IMG/VR virus record: IMGVR_UViG_3300042305_001986
Location: 54,537 to 118,536 of that record
From: a virus
DNA length: 64,000 nucleotides
Reading direction: 5' to 3' (one strand)
Part shown: positions 27,487-36,746 of the stretch, in pieces
Layout of the letters: each line of letters starts with the position of its first letter
Numbering within the stretch: position 1 is the stretch's first letter
Notes under the pieces: generated by a model
Database searches by the model: none
What the model saw: the letters and a program-made list of their open reading frames with translations, nothing else
What the model was told of the DNA's origin: nothing
Position numbers and translations under genes: made by a program

Positions 27487-27879
27487 ATGATTAAACCACC
27501 AACCAAGATTGAGATTAAAGAATCCCTCGGTAAAGGGTGGGGTGTCTTTGCAACTGAAGACATCGAAGAAGGTGAAATAATTGAAGAATGTTTAGTCCTG
27601 ACCTTACCTATTCAAAAGGGTGAGGTCAGTTCTTTGTTTTTGGACTATCGTTTCAATTATCCACAACAAGGTGAATGGACAGAACAAGTATTAGGGATGG
27701 GATATGCATCCTACTATAACCACTCAAATAACGCAAATGCTTATTGGAGGGATCATCCGACTCTCAAAGCGTTTCAATTCATCTCAAATAGGAAAATATT
27801 TAAATATGAAGAAATTTTTGTATATTATGGTGATGATAGTTATTGGGGTGATGGAAGAACTCACGTAAATATTCTTTAA
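27487..27879 (+). CDS. SET-domain protein-lysine methyltransferase-like
   Basis: KGWGVFATEDI..GE.I, YNHS..ANA, EEIFVYYG. Confidence 0.85.
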   Translation: MIKPPTKIEIKESLGKGWGVFATEDIEEGEIIEECLVLTLPIQKGEVSSLFLDYRFNYPQQGEWTEQVLGMGYASYYNHSNNANAYWRDHPTLKAFQFISNRKIFKYEEIFVYYGDDSYWGDGRTHVNIL

Positions 27880-27922
27880 TTCTAATAACTCATTATATTT
27901 ATATAAAAATAGAATTTTATTA

Positions 27923-28813
27923 ATGAAAATTAATGGTGTAACACTTACAGGTGGATCTTCAGGAACATCAGGTTCGAGCGGAACATCAGGTTCGAGCGGA
28001 ACATCAGGTTCGAGCGGAACATCAGGTTCGAGCGGAACATCAGGTTCGAGCGGAACATCAGGTTCGAGCGGAACATCAGGAGTTGCAGGTGGTGTTAGAT
28101 ATAATTTCACCGCAACCACAACCGATACAGATCCAGGTAATGGTCTTGTGTCTTACAATAACGCAACAATTGCTTCTGTTACATTCTTGTATATTGATAA
28201 CGTAGACCAGTTAGGTAATACTCAGACTGCGTGGTTCAATACATGGGATGACAGTACAACCACAGCAACTAGAGGTGTTGTAACTCTATATAGTCGAGAC
28301 ACAGGGACAGTAGTGAATCAATTTCAAGTTACGAGTACTGTTACAGTTGCTAGTGGATATTATAAAATTCCTGTGTCTTATATAAGTGGAACTTTACCTA
28401 CTAATAATGCCGCTTTAGCTATAGACTTTAGTCGAACAGGTAATTCAGGTTCTTCAGGAACATCAGGTTCTTCAGGAACATCAGGTTCTTCAGGGATTAA
28501 CGCGTTTCCTGTGGTCAGTTACACTGCAACTTCTGTGACTTTGGGAACGGCAGATGCAAGTGATTATCTTAGGATGAATAATGCCAGTGCAATAACCGCG
28601 TCAATACCACCTCAATCTTCAGTCACTTGGGCCAATGACACCGAAATTATTATTGAACAAGCGGGAGCTGGTAAGGTAACACTTAGTGGAGGTTCAGGTG
28701 TAACATTAAATTATAGTTCTTTGAGTGCTCAAACTAGAACTCAATATTCAGTTATTGGTTTAAAAAGAGTAAGTCAAAATGTTTGGACAATATTCGGAGA
28801 TTTAACAACATGA
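27923..28813 (+). CDS. Tail-fibre/surface fibre protein with GSSGTS repeats
   Basis: Late motif upstream; (GTSGSS)n tracts; C-terminal Q.GAG.VT...W.IFGDL fibre-tip pattern. Confidence 0.65.
   Translation: MKINGVTLTGGSSGTSGSSGTSGSSGTSGSSGTSGSSGTSGSSGTSGSSGTSGVAGGVRYNFTATTTDTDPGNGLVSYNNATIASVTFLYIDNVDQLGNTQTAWFNTWDDSTTTATRGVVTLYSRDTGTVVNQFQVTSTVTVASGYYKIPVSYISGTLPTNNAALAIDFSRTGNSGSSGTSGSSGTSGSSGINAFPVVSYTATSVTLGTADASDYLRMNNASAITASIPPQSSVTWANDTEIIIEQAGAGKVTLSGGSGVTLNYSSLSAQTRTQYSVIGLKRVSQNVWTIFGDLTT
27962..28080 (+). repeat. 18-bp perfect tandem repeat GGAACATCAGGTTCGAGC x6.6
   Basis: Six identical copies plus a partial; shorter variant tract near 28445-28493. Confidence 0.95.
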
Positions 28814-29316
28814 GAACATTTTTTTATTTTTTAGATACCGGACAAATAGGTGACATTCGAGAAGGTAGGTACATGGTTGACGGTTTGCCAGGTTGGTTAC
28901 CTGATAATATTGTCGAAATTGAGTATTGTGAAGACAATACTCCGATATTTGATCACAATTTACAAACAATAGAAACAAATGAACTATTGGACTTGAATCA
29001 AAAAAAATTCTTTGTAACACATTCAGTCAGAGATCTAACACCTCAAGAAATAGAAGATAGAAAACCAAAATATAATGATTGCACACCTAGACAATTTAGG
29101 TTGGGGTTGTTAGACTACGGAATTGACCCTGATACGATTACTAACATGATTAGTCAAGTACCTGACTTGGACGAAAGAAAAAGAATTCTAATAACTTGGG
29201 AATATGCCGTTCTCATAGAAAAAAATAACCCGTTGATTGTCAATTTTGCTCAATTGTTGGGTGTCGATCAGTCAGGTATCGATGAAATATTTAGATTAGC
29301 AAATCAATATAATTAA
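28810..29316 (+). CDS. Tail-fibre assembly/chaperone-like protein
   Basis: TPRQFRLGL...I.WEYA....LG......DEIFRLA pattern common downstream of fibre genes. Confidence 0.55.
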   Translation: MRTFFYFLDTGQIGDIREGRYMVDGLPGWLPDNIVEIEYCEDNTPIFDHNLQTIETNELLDLNQKKFFVTHSVRDLTPQEIEDRKPKYNDCTPRQFRLGLLDYGIDPDTITNMISQVPDLDERKRILITWEYAVLIEKNNPLIVNFAQLLGVDQSGIDEIFRLANQYN

Positions 29317-29318
29317 AT

Positions 29319-30086
29319 ATGCCAAGTTCTATTTTTTCTGTTATACCAAAATTAAAAGGGGCATTTACTCCTTATAATTGGAGTGCTTACAATAGTAATA
29401 TGGAATGGAGAATTGACTTAACAAGTAGTGCATCGTATGTGGGAACCGGGACTTCGGTGACATCTTTAGGTCCTGGTGGTGGAACATGGACAGTTCAGGG
29501 AGATCCTCCATTTCAACAAGCAGGTTATGTAAAATATTTTAATCTTGATGGTTCAAGTGATGCTTATTATAGTAATACAAATTATACTTACAGCTCCACA
29601 TTCACATATTGGGTTTGGGGTGCTTGGGTTTGGCATGATACAACTGCAACACTGGTAAAAAGGGAAATCTTTGGGATAGAAGATTCCTCAACAGATTTAA
29701 TACAATTTACAGTTAATAGATCCGCTGGTGGTGTCTATAATATAATGGCATATATGAATAACGAATCAACTCAAATCCCTTTTAATACATCAATAAATCC
29801 TGATACTTGGAATTTTTTATGTTTTGAACACAACATGTCAACAAATGCCGTTACACTGTATAAAAATGGAGTTTCAGCATCGACTATTACGAGTCAACCA
29901 GTCATCAACGTTGCGCTTGAAAGATACGTCATAGGAGCATCGAATGGATCTGGAACTGCAGGAACGGGTAATTTTTGGTTAGGAAGAATACCCGAAGCAT
30001 TTCTTTGGAGATCTACAACTAATACAGATAGAGCTGCAATGATCTCGGCGATTTATAACGGAACAAAAGGTCGTTACGGTTTATAG
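29319..30086 (+). CDS. LamG/ConA-like beta-sandwich virion protein
   Basis: SY.GTGT...FNLDG..D, W.F.C, LYKNG, IGA, G.I, YN.TKGRYGL. Confidence 0.7.
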   Translation: MPSSIFSVIPKLKGAFTPYNWSAYNSNMEWRIDLTSSASYVGTGTSVTSLGPGGGTWTVQGDPPFQQAGYVKYFNLDGSSDAYYSNTNYTYSSTFTYWVWGAWVWHDTTATLVKREIFGIEDSSTDLIQFTVNRSAGGVYNIMAYMNNESTQIPFNTSINPDTWNFLCFEHNMSTNAVTLYKNGVSASTITSQPVINVALERYVIGASNGSGTAGTGNFWLGRIPEAFLWRSTTNTDRAAMISAIYNGTKGRYGL

Positions 30087-30106
30087 AATAAATATCATTT
30101 TATAGT

Positions 30107-30493
30107 ATGGATAGAGTTTTATTTTTAGTAAGAGGTGTACCGGGTGCTGGTAAAAGTACCCTTGCACCTTTTTTAACATCTAAACACATCGAAGCGGATA
30201 TGTATTTCACAATCAATGGTGAGTATAATTTTGACTCATCAAAACTGATCTATGCACACAAATGGTGTCAAGATACATGTGAAGACATGATGAAGTGGTC
30301 CGAACCTAAGATTGTCGTTTCAAACACCTTCTCTACAGAGTGGGAAATGAATGTATACTATGAATTGGCAGAAAAGTACGGATATAAGGTATTCAGTGTA
30401 ATTGTTGAAAATAGACACGGAAATAGTTCGGTTCACAATCCACCTGACGATGTTGTAGAAAAGATGAGAAATAGATTTGAGATAAAAATTTGA
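30107..30493 (+). CDS. P-loop kinase (AAA_33 / polynucleotide-kinase-like)
   Basis: RGVPGAGKST, EADMYF, AHKWCQ, VSNT. Confidence 0.8.
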   Translation: MDRVLFLVRGVPGAGKSTLAPFLTSKHIEADMYFTINGEYNFDSSKLIYAHKWCQDTCEDMMKWSEPKIVVSNTFSTEWEMNVYYELAEKYGYKVFSVIVENRHGNSSVHNPPDDVVEKMRNRFEIKI

Positions 30494-30561
30494 TCTCAAA
30501 ATTTGGAAAATTGAAAAATATGATATATCTTTGTGGTGTTCTTTGAATGAGGAAATAAATC

Positions 30562-30698
30562 GATTGGTTGATGACCATCACCGAAATCTAGTAAGACATC
30601 TGTTGATGTTGTGAACGAAAGTAAGCGGTCATCGTAGAACCAACATCAGACCTGACGAGGAACCTGATGAGAGTTATTATAGGAGGAGACGAACCTCC
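30562..30698 (+). ncRNA. Candidate multi-branch structured RNA
   Basis: After TATCTTTG + boxA-like site; GATGACC/GGTCATC and TTGGTT/AACCAA stems enclosing TCAC/GTGA and three short hairpins. Confidence 0.5.
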
Positions 30699-30705
30699 AA
30701 AAAAA

Positions 30706-30788
30706 GCCAGTGTCGCATAGTGGTCGATTGCACCTGATTTGTACTCAGGATCTGAAAAGACTCGGGGGTTCGAATCCCTCTACTGGCT
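30706..30788 (+). tRNA. tRNA-Thr(TGT) with long variable arm
   Basis: GCCAGTG/TACTGGC, U73; CCTGA-TTTGTAC-TCAGG; extra arm TCT-GAAA-AGA. Confidence 0.75.
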
Positions 30789-30798
30789 CTTTTAACTC

Positions 30799-30873
30799 GC
30801 CGGTGTGGCGGAATAGGTATACGCACATATTTTAGGTGTATGATAATTGTAGGTTCGAGTCCTATCACCGGTA
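30799..30873 (+). tRNA. tRNA-Leu(TAG) with short variable loop
   Basis: GCCGGTG/CACCGGT, A73; CATAT-TTTAGGT-GTATG; variable region only ATAATT. Confidence 0.8.
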
Positions 30874-30957
30874 CAAAAAGACACACATATAACAATTGTT
30901 TTTTATGTGTATGTCATTTTTTCAGTCGGATGATATTTATATTAAAAACAACTTAAT

Positions 30958-31722
30958 ATGAATAATACTGAAAAAAAAATTTATGATAACCTCTCGCTGA
31001 TAAAAAAAATGATTAGTGAAAATGATACTAAAGCAAACATATGTAGATTTTTGAATGTTAAACCTTCTACCCTTGAAAAGTATCTAAAAAAATATAATTT
31101 AAATTATTCAGGTAATCCCTCAAGAAAAGGATTACCTCATTATGAACAAAGAACTTCATATAAGGAATACACTGAAAATGGAAAGAGTATTTCATCATCA
31201 CAACTACGTTTGAAATTAATAGAACAAGGTGTTAAAGAATCAAAATGTGAAATATGTCATTTACACAAATGGATGGGGAAAAACATACCTTTAGAATTAC
31301 ATCACATTGACAATAATCATTACAATAATAAATTGGAAAATTTGATGATATTATGTCCTAATTGTCATATGTTAATACATGATTACAATAACAAAATAAA
31401 AGAACCCAAAAAATTAAATCTGAAGAATAAAGAAACCAAAATAGATCAGATTTGTAAATTTTGTAGTGAAAAATTCAATGGAAGAAAACAACAAAAATAT
31501 TGTTCAATTGAATGTAAAAATCAATCATCTAAAAAAAATATACCAAACAAAGAAATATTATTGGGAATAATAAATGAACTTAAATCTTATGTACAGGTTG
31601 GTAAGTTTTTTTCTGTCAGTGATAATACAATTAGAAAATGGTGTGAAAAATATCAAATTAATTTAACATGTGGAACGGAGAGTATGAAGATTAAAAAAGG
31701 AGTCATCTCTGACTCCTTCTAA
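30958..31722 (+). CDS. HNH homing endonuclease with HTH domains
   Basis: CEIC...LELHHIDNNHYNN.LENL.ILCPNCH; terminal HTH-like segments; directly after tRNAs. Confidence 0.85.
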   Translation: MNNTEKKIYDNLSLIKKMISENDTKANICRFLNVKPSTLEKYLKKYNLNYSGNPSRKGLPHYEQRTSYKEYTENGKSISSSQLRLKLIEQGVKESKCEICHLHKWMGKNIPLELHHIDNNHYNNKLENLMILCPNCHMLIHDYNNKIKEPKKLNLKNKETKIDQICKFCSEKFNGRKQQKYCSIECKNQSSKKNIPNKEILLGIINELKSYVQVGKFFSVSDNTIRKWCEKYQINLTCGTESMKIKKGVISDSF

Positions 31723-31789
31723 ACCAAGGTATTTTATCTCCTTTTTATTGATTGGTTTATGATGTGAGGTGGTTAGTCTCACAACACGA

Positions 31790-32806
31790 TTAAGATACCA
31801 ACTTGTTTTTGATATCGTCAAATGTCTTCTGTGTGTTCTTTAACAAATCACCATATTGAGGACAAATCTTATTTGTCAACTGTTGTTTGACCTTTGATTT
31901 GAATTCATCCTTTTTTATGTTGTCAATTATTTCAGATCTTAATAGATCTTCAATATCTTTTGGAACACCAACGACATCAAATTTTTCATCTACCATTCCT
32001 TTGACCATTGCTTCATACATCATCTCAACAACTTTATTACAATCTGTAAATAAAGCTGGTACAGAATCATTTTCTAAATCTTCAATACTTGTTTCCAAAC
32101 TCTTTTTGAATAGTTCACTTTCATTTGGTAACTTCTTCATCAACCACCCTTTGTAAGAATCTTTGATTTTTGGTATGAAAGTCGGATCATCATCATATAA
32201 AGATTTCATCAATTCTACCAATCCTTCTTTGATAAGAACGGAACTGTAATTCTGTTTTTTCAAATAACTAACTTCGGATATTAGATTTGATGCCGTCCAA
32301 GTCTTTTTGGATTCTGAAAGAATATTAAATCTTTTGGATATGATATTCTTATCATTTTCTTTTTTTTGGAATTCTTCTTTTAAAATGTTTTTCATTGTTT
32401 TATTTTTAGATTCAGATGTCTGTTTTACAGAATTTTGAATTCTTTTGAACGCCATTTGAGTTTTACTTGCGTCTTTTATGAAACTCGTAAAACTGTCCTT
32501 ATTCCAAGTCGTATTATTTGTTAATTCAGTATCACCTTCAATATTTTTTATTAATTTGATTTCATTTTTTGACTGATTGGTAGTTAAATAAATATTTTTA
32601 TCTTTTTCGGATTGATAAAACTTAATACCTTCTCTTTCGTCAACTAAAAAATCAGGTACTATACCAAAAGAATCTGATATATTTTTTAAACTAGCTTGAT
32701 CTTTAATATCTTTAAGAGAAGTATCGTTTGAGAACTCAACATACTCTGATGGTGCCTGACCATCAACATCAGGACCTTGTTCAATAATTATTTTTTTAAA
32801 ATTCAT
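31790..32806 (-). CDS. Hypothetical late protein
   Basis: 338 aa; MNFKKIIIEQ, ILKEE, ILSES, LIKEG motifs. Confidence 0.65.
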   Translation of the reverse strand: MNFKKIIIEQGPDVDGQAPSEYVEFSNDTSLKDIKDQASLKNISDSFGIVPDFLVDEREGIKFYQSEKDKNIYLTTNQSKNEIKLIKNIEGDTELTNNTTWNKDSFTSFIKDASKTQMAFKRIQNSVKQTSESKNKTMKNILKEEFQKKENDKNIISKRFNILSESKKTWTASNLISEVSYLKKQNYSSVLIKEGLVELMKSLYDDDPTFIPKIKDSYKGWLMKKLPNESELFKKSLETSIEDLENDSVPALFTDCNKVVEMMYEAMVKGMVDEKFDVVGVPKDIEDLLRSEIIDNIKKDEFKSKVKQQLTNKICPQYGDLLKNTQKTFDDIKNKLVS

Positions 32807-32814
32807 TTTAAAAA

Positions 32815-34719
32815 TTACATGTTTTCATTTATGTCATACCAAGAACCATTAGTATAAACTCTCCAAACACCATCTGATGTCTTTTTTATCGGATATTCTT
32901 TATTTCCCCAATAAATATTTTCACCATCTCTTATTAATTGATTTTCTTTTTCATCATTCATAACATCTAATAAATCTTGAGGGAATTCTTCTTGGGTACT
33001 TGTTTCATTTTCTCTTGGAGATCCATCAGGTTCTCTTTGAGGCGCTTGTTCACCTTCTTGAGGTAGACCTACTTCACCTTCAATCTTTTCGACTTCGCTA
33101 GTTTCTAAACCACATATTTTATAAATACCTTCTTCTATTCCCTCAATCGTACCTCTATCTAATGAGCTAAGTATTAAAGCAACTAAAGAGTTTTGAAAAG
33201 TTCCGAGACCACCTGGTAATAAGTTAAGAATATTTCCTAACCCCGCTTCCATATAAACTGAGTTCATTCTTTCAACGAAATCATCAATAAGTACGGTTAG
33301 AAAATTTACGATTACACTTTCTGTATTTTCTCCTTCTCTACTTATTTCAAGTTCATACGCTTCAGGTGCAAAAATATTATAAACTCCCTTAACACTAGGT
33401 TCTAAGATCCACCAAGTGGAAACAATTGTGGACATAGCCGCCTGTCCTATTATTATACCTACATTCATAGCAAAAAACGTTGCAAACGCAAATTCCGCAA
33501 ATGTTTTTTTATCCGATCTACCTCTCATTTGCACTATTCTTCTCACCCACGCACCCCATGAATCAAATTGAGCAGTAAGTAAAAACTGTGTAACTGAATT
33601 GTTCCATCTAAGTAAAGAACTGAATCTACCTCCAACAATTTCCTTAAGATCATTAGTAAATTTAGCACCTGTATTCTTAAAATTATTTATTAATCTTTGA
33701 TCTCCGTTATGAATTTCTTTCCAAGCACCAAAATAATCTCCTTCACTTTTTTCTAATTTTTCAATAATTTCCTCAGGTATGTTATACTCTCTTAATATAG
33801 TTGAAGCATCTTTTTTACTTGTAGCGATAAGAACATTTATTTCTCTATTAAAACTTAAAGCATATGCGTTAGTTAGTTCTTTTACTTTTTTATCTATTGT
33901 TTCTGGTGTATTACTAGCGTCTTTTAATATTTTTTGAAAACTTTGATAAAAACCATTGGTTAAAGATTCTATGTTTTTAATTGTAGTGTCACTTCCTTGA
34001 AACAAAACTTTAAATAAATCGTCAAAAAAAACGGTTGCTTTATCTTTAGTAATTATTCTATTAAGAGTGGCGATCTCAGTATCACTTAAGATCTTACCCG
34101 CAACATTAGAAATTTTTGGTGGGATCGTTGCCGCAAATTTACCTTGTTGTTTTAGGTTAATGTTATTTGATATCTTATCTCTCAAAATTTGTTTTAATGT
34201 GTAATCATCCTCTGTAAAAATACTATCTAATACTTCATCAATAGATTTATCCTCATCATTCATCATTTTTATTATAGCATTTAAAACTTGATCTTCGGTT
34301 TTAAAAGGTGAGTTTTGGACATTATAAATTGATTCTATAAATTTCTTGTAAATTTCATCCGTAGATCCTTCACTTTTTTTAATTATCTGCGCTAAAATAT
34401 ATTGAGTACTTTTTGGAAACCCTTTTAAAATATCTTTAAAATTTGTACTATCTACAGTTCCATTATTTACACCTTCAACTAAGGACTGTAGTTCTTCTAT
34501 TTCTTTTTTAGGATACAGAACCCCGTCTATAACATAAGCATCTTCTTTAGTATTAAAAGTTGCAATATCAACTTGATCCGACATTTTTTTAAGGACAGTA
34601 TCCCAAAGAAATCCCAAACTCTCTCTGATTGGATTAGCAATTGACTCTTTTATCAAATTTCTTCTAACACCCATCAATGTATGAATTCTGTTAATTTCAG
34701 TTATTAATGTATTTTCCAT
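32815..34719 (-). CDS. Late protein with hydrophobic segments (candidate ejected protein)
   Basis: MENTLITEINRIHTLMG; TM-like FAFATFFAMNVGIIIG. Confidence 0.65.
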   Translation of the reverse strand: MENTLITEINRIHTLMGVRRNLIKESIANPIRESLGFLWDTVLKKMSDQVDIATFNTKEDAYVIDGVLYPKKEIEELQSLVEGVNNGTVDSTNFKDILKGFPKSTQYILAQIIKKSEGSTDEIYKKFIESIYNVQNSPFKTEDQVLNAIIKMMNDEDKSIDEVLDSIFTEDDYTLKQILRDKISNNINLKQQGKFAATIPPKISNVAGKILSDTEIATLNRIITKDKATVFFDDLFKVLFQGSDTTIKNIESLTNGFYQSFQKILKDASNTPETIDKKVKELTNAYALSFNREINVLIATSKKDASTILREYNIPEEIIEKLEKSEGDYFGAWKEIHNGDQRLINNFKNTGAKFTNDLKEIVGGRFSSLLRWNNSVTQFLLTAQFDSWGAWVRRIVQMRGRSDKKTFAEFAFATFFAMNVGIIIGQAAMSTIVSTWWILEPSVKGVYNIFAPEAYELEISREGENTESVIVNFLTVLIDDFVERMNSVYMEAGLGNILNLLPGGLGTFQNSLVALILSSLDRGTIEGIEEGIYKICGLETSEVEKIEGEVGLPQEGEQAPQREPDGSPRENETSTQEEFPQDLLDVMNDEKENQLIRDGENIYWGNKEYPIKKTSDGVWRVYTNGSWYDINENM

Positions 34720-34742
34720 ATTCTATTTTATCTATAATTATA

Positions 34743-36317
34743 TCAGTTTTTTAGTTTGACATACGCATCAAGAGTTTGAGGATGAAAGGTTAATGTATCC
34801 CAAGGTTCATCACCTATCTCTGAAAGTAGTTTCCAACCATCATTAACATCAAAATTATTATTCAAGATCTCTACTTCAACATCAGGGGATTGTGTTTCTA
34901 CCATTGGTACAAAATCACCTCCATTAGATTCAACAGCGTATTTTGATAACAATTGAACGAAATTTTTAGCAGCACCCTCCGTACTAATAAGTTCTATATT
35001 CCGAGGGTTTTTGACTAAATTATACATAAGGTCTATTGTGGTTTTAACCTTATCTTTTTCTAATTGGAATACATTATACGCAAATTCAATCTGTGAATCT
35101 TCAGAAATATTTTTATTTATAAAATCAATTTTATTTTTCTCATATTCTGATTCTTCTTCGCCTATTATAGATACCAAATAAAAATATAGTAAAACACTCG
35201 CTCCGACAGTTTTCAACTCTTTACCCGTCATTCTATTCCAAAATTTTATTTCTCTAAATTTGGATATATCGGTCTTCATTTGTTGAATAATCTCTTCTTT
35301 CAGTTCGTCCTTAATTTGATTACTAATTTCTTTACCAATTAACTCAGATGATTCATCATTCTTCAAAAATGCGGATAAAAGATTTTTTTCTTCATCTGAT
35401 AACTTACCCCAAAATTCTATGTATTCATCAACTGATGACGTTTGTTTTAAACCTGACTCTGCAAATTTTCTACTTAAACTTTCACTTGTTAAAGCATTAA
35501 ATCCTTTGATTGTTTTTGAAAACTTAATAAGAGGTAAAAGACTAAAAACAACACTAAAAATTCCACTTGTTGTTTTGTTGGTTTGGAATTCTCTAACAGC
35601 AACAGGTAAACCAACTGCTAATTCAATCGCTAATTCTAGTAAAACACTTGTTGTGAATCCTAATCCCGCTACTGGTATTAACATTCCAGCAGCAATTGCC
35701 ACTGAAACTTGAACCGCAACACCCCAATCATCTACAAATCTTTCATAATCAGTTCTTTTTGATTCCCACTCAGGTTGTATATATTGAATACCGTCTTTTG
35801 TAAAATAACCAATAAACCTCCACTTACTACCTGGAAAGTCTTTTTTTCGTAATCTAGTTTTATATATGTTTCCTTTTGAGGTGAAGGATGCTACTGTTCC
35901 AGGTGGTAAAACGTCCGTAATATAATTTTTGAAATCTTCATCTTTATACTCAGTTTTTACTCTTTCTAATAATTTGATTATATTATTTTCATTCCTCCAT
36001 TCAATTGTTGAACCAGCGGGTATGTACATACCTACTATCTTTGAGGTTTCAGGTTGTGTAACAGGATATACGCAATAACCATCAATTAAACCTGATTCAC
36101 TACCACCATACTTAGGTGGTGGTTCCATTGCCTTATCAGGGTATTTACAATATTGAGGATATGTAAGTCGTTCAGTTTTGTTTGGTAATTGAACATTAAC
36201 TCTTGTGGCGTCTTGACGGACTTGAGTATCATTGGTTTGTTCCGTTAGAGGTTTAGAAGTTATAAAGTTGTTCAAAAATTTAATTCTTTGAATTTCTTTT
36301 GAAAGATTCGACGACAT
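34743..36317 (-). CDS. Late protein with hydrophobic hairpin (candidate ejected protein)
   Basis: MSSNLSKEIQRIKFL; TM-like VAIAAGMLIPVAGLG...; TATTTAT upstream. Confidence 0.65.
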   Translation of the reverse strand: MSSNLSKEIQRIKFLNNFITSKPLTEQTNDTQVRQDATRVNVQLPNKTERLTYPQYCKYPDKAMEPPPKYGGSESGLIDGYCVYPVTQPETSKIVGMYIPAGSTIEWRNENNIIKLLERVKTEYKDEDFKNYITDVLPPGTVASFTSKGNIYKTRLRKKDFPGSKWRFIGYFTKDGIQYIQPEWESKRTDYERFVDDWGVAVQVSVAIAAGMLIPVAGLGFTTSVLLELAIELAVGLPVAVREFQTNKTTSGIFSVVFSLLPLIKFSKTIKGFNALTSESLSRKFAESGLKQTSSVDEYIEFWGKLSDEEKNLLSAFLKNDESSELIGKEISNQIKDELKEEIIQQMKTDISKFREIKFWNRMTGKELKTVGASVLLYFYLVSIIGEEESEYEKNKIDFINKNISEDSQIEFAYNVFQLEKDKVKTTIDLMYNLVKNPRNIELISTEGAAKNFVQLLSKYAVESNGGDFVPMVETQSPDVEVEILNNNFDVNDGWKLLSEIGDEPWDTLTFHPQTLDAYVKLKN

Positions 36318-36394
36318 AAGAATGTTTTCAATATAAATATCATAAAAAAATCTATTTTTTTTGAATTTTAAAAAATATATAGTATATTTGTGGT

Positions 36395-36745
36395 ATGAAT
36401 AATCTAAATCTCATCGGATCAACAGTTAGATTAATTAATTCTAATGAGGTTAAAAAAATTTCTGACTATGAAACAATCTTAGATAAAGAGATTTTTTACA
36501 TGACGGATAATACTTCTTATTGTAAAGATCAACTCATATTTATTGATGAGTTTGAATCTACTCTTCATGACATCTCACAATATATTATCAATACTGATCA
36601 AGATGTTTTAGGAATCAATGATGTTGCGGAAAGATTCGTAAAAGTACTGTCACCATATTCAACCAAAATTACCCAAGTTAAAGAAACTAAACCCAAAAAA
36701 TCAATTGTTACAAAATTTTTTGATTTTTGGAAAAGTCTTTGGTAA
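36395..36745 (+). CDS. Early hypothetical protein
   Basis: TATATTTG at 36383. Confidence 0.6.
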   Translation: MNNLNLIGSTVRLINSNEVKKISDYETILDKEIFYMTDNTSYCKDQLIFIDEFESTLHDISQYIINTDQDVLGINDVAERFVKVLSPYSTKITQVKETKPKKSIVTKFFDFWKSLW

Positions 36746-36746
36746 T

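Noticed and set aside
27962-28080. CRISPR array or tRNA T-arm array (GGTTCGAGC)
   Set aside because: No spacers; in-frame coding repeat for GTSGSS.
30547-30558. Minigene ATG AGG AAA TAA after boxA (similar ATG TCG GAA TAA near 22488)
   Set aside because: Too short to distinguish from chance in AT-rich DNA; ATG partly arises from the boxA tail.
30580-30672. Hammerhead ribozyme (two CTGANGA and two GAAA motifs)
   Set aside because: Could not build stems II and III with the required UH site in any permutation.
30706-30788. Second tRNA-Tyr(GTA)
   Set aside because: The 7-nt loop register gives TGT and the acceptor (G1-C72, C2-G71, U73) fits Thr.
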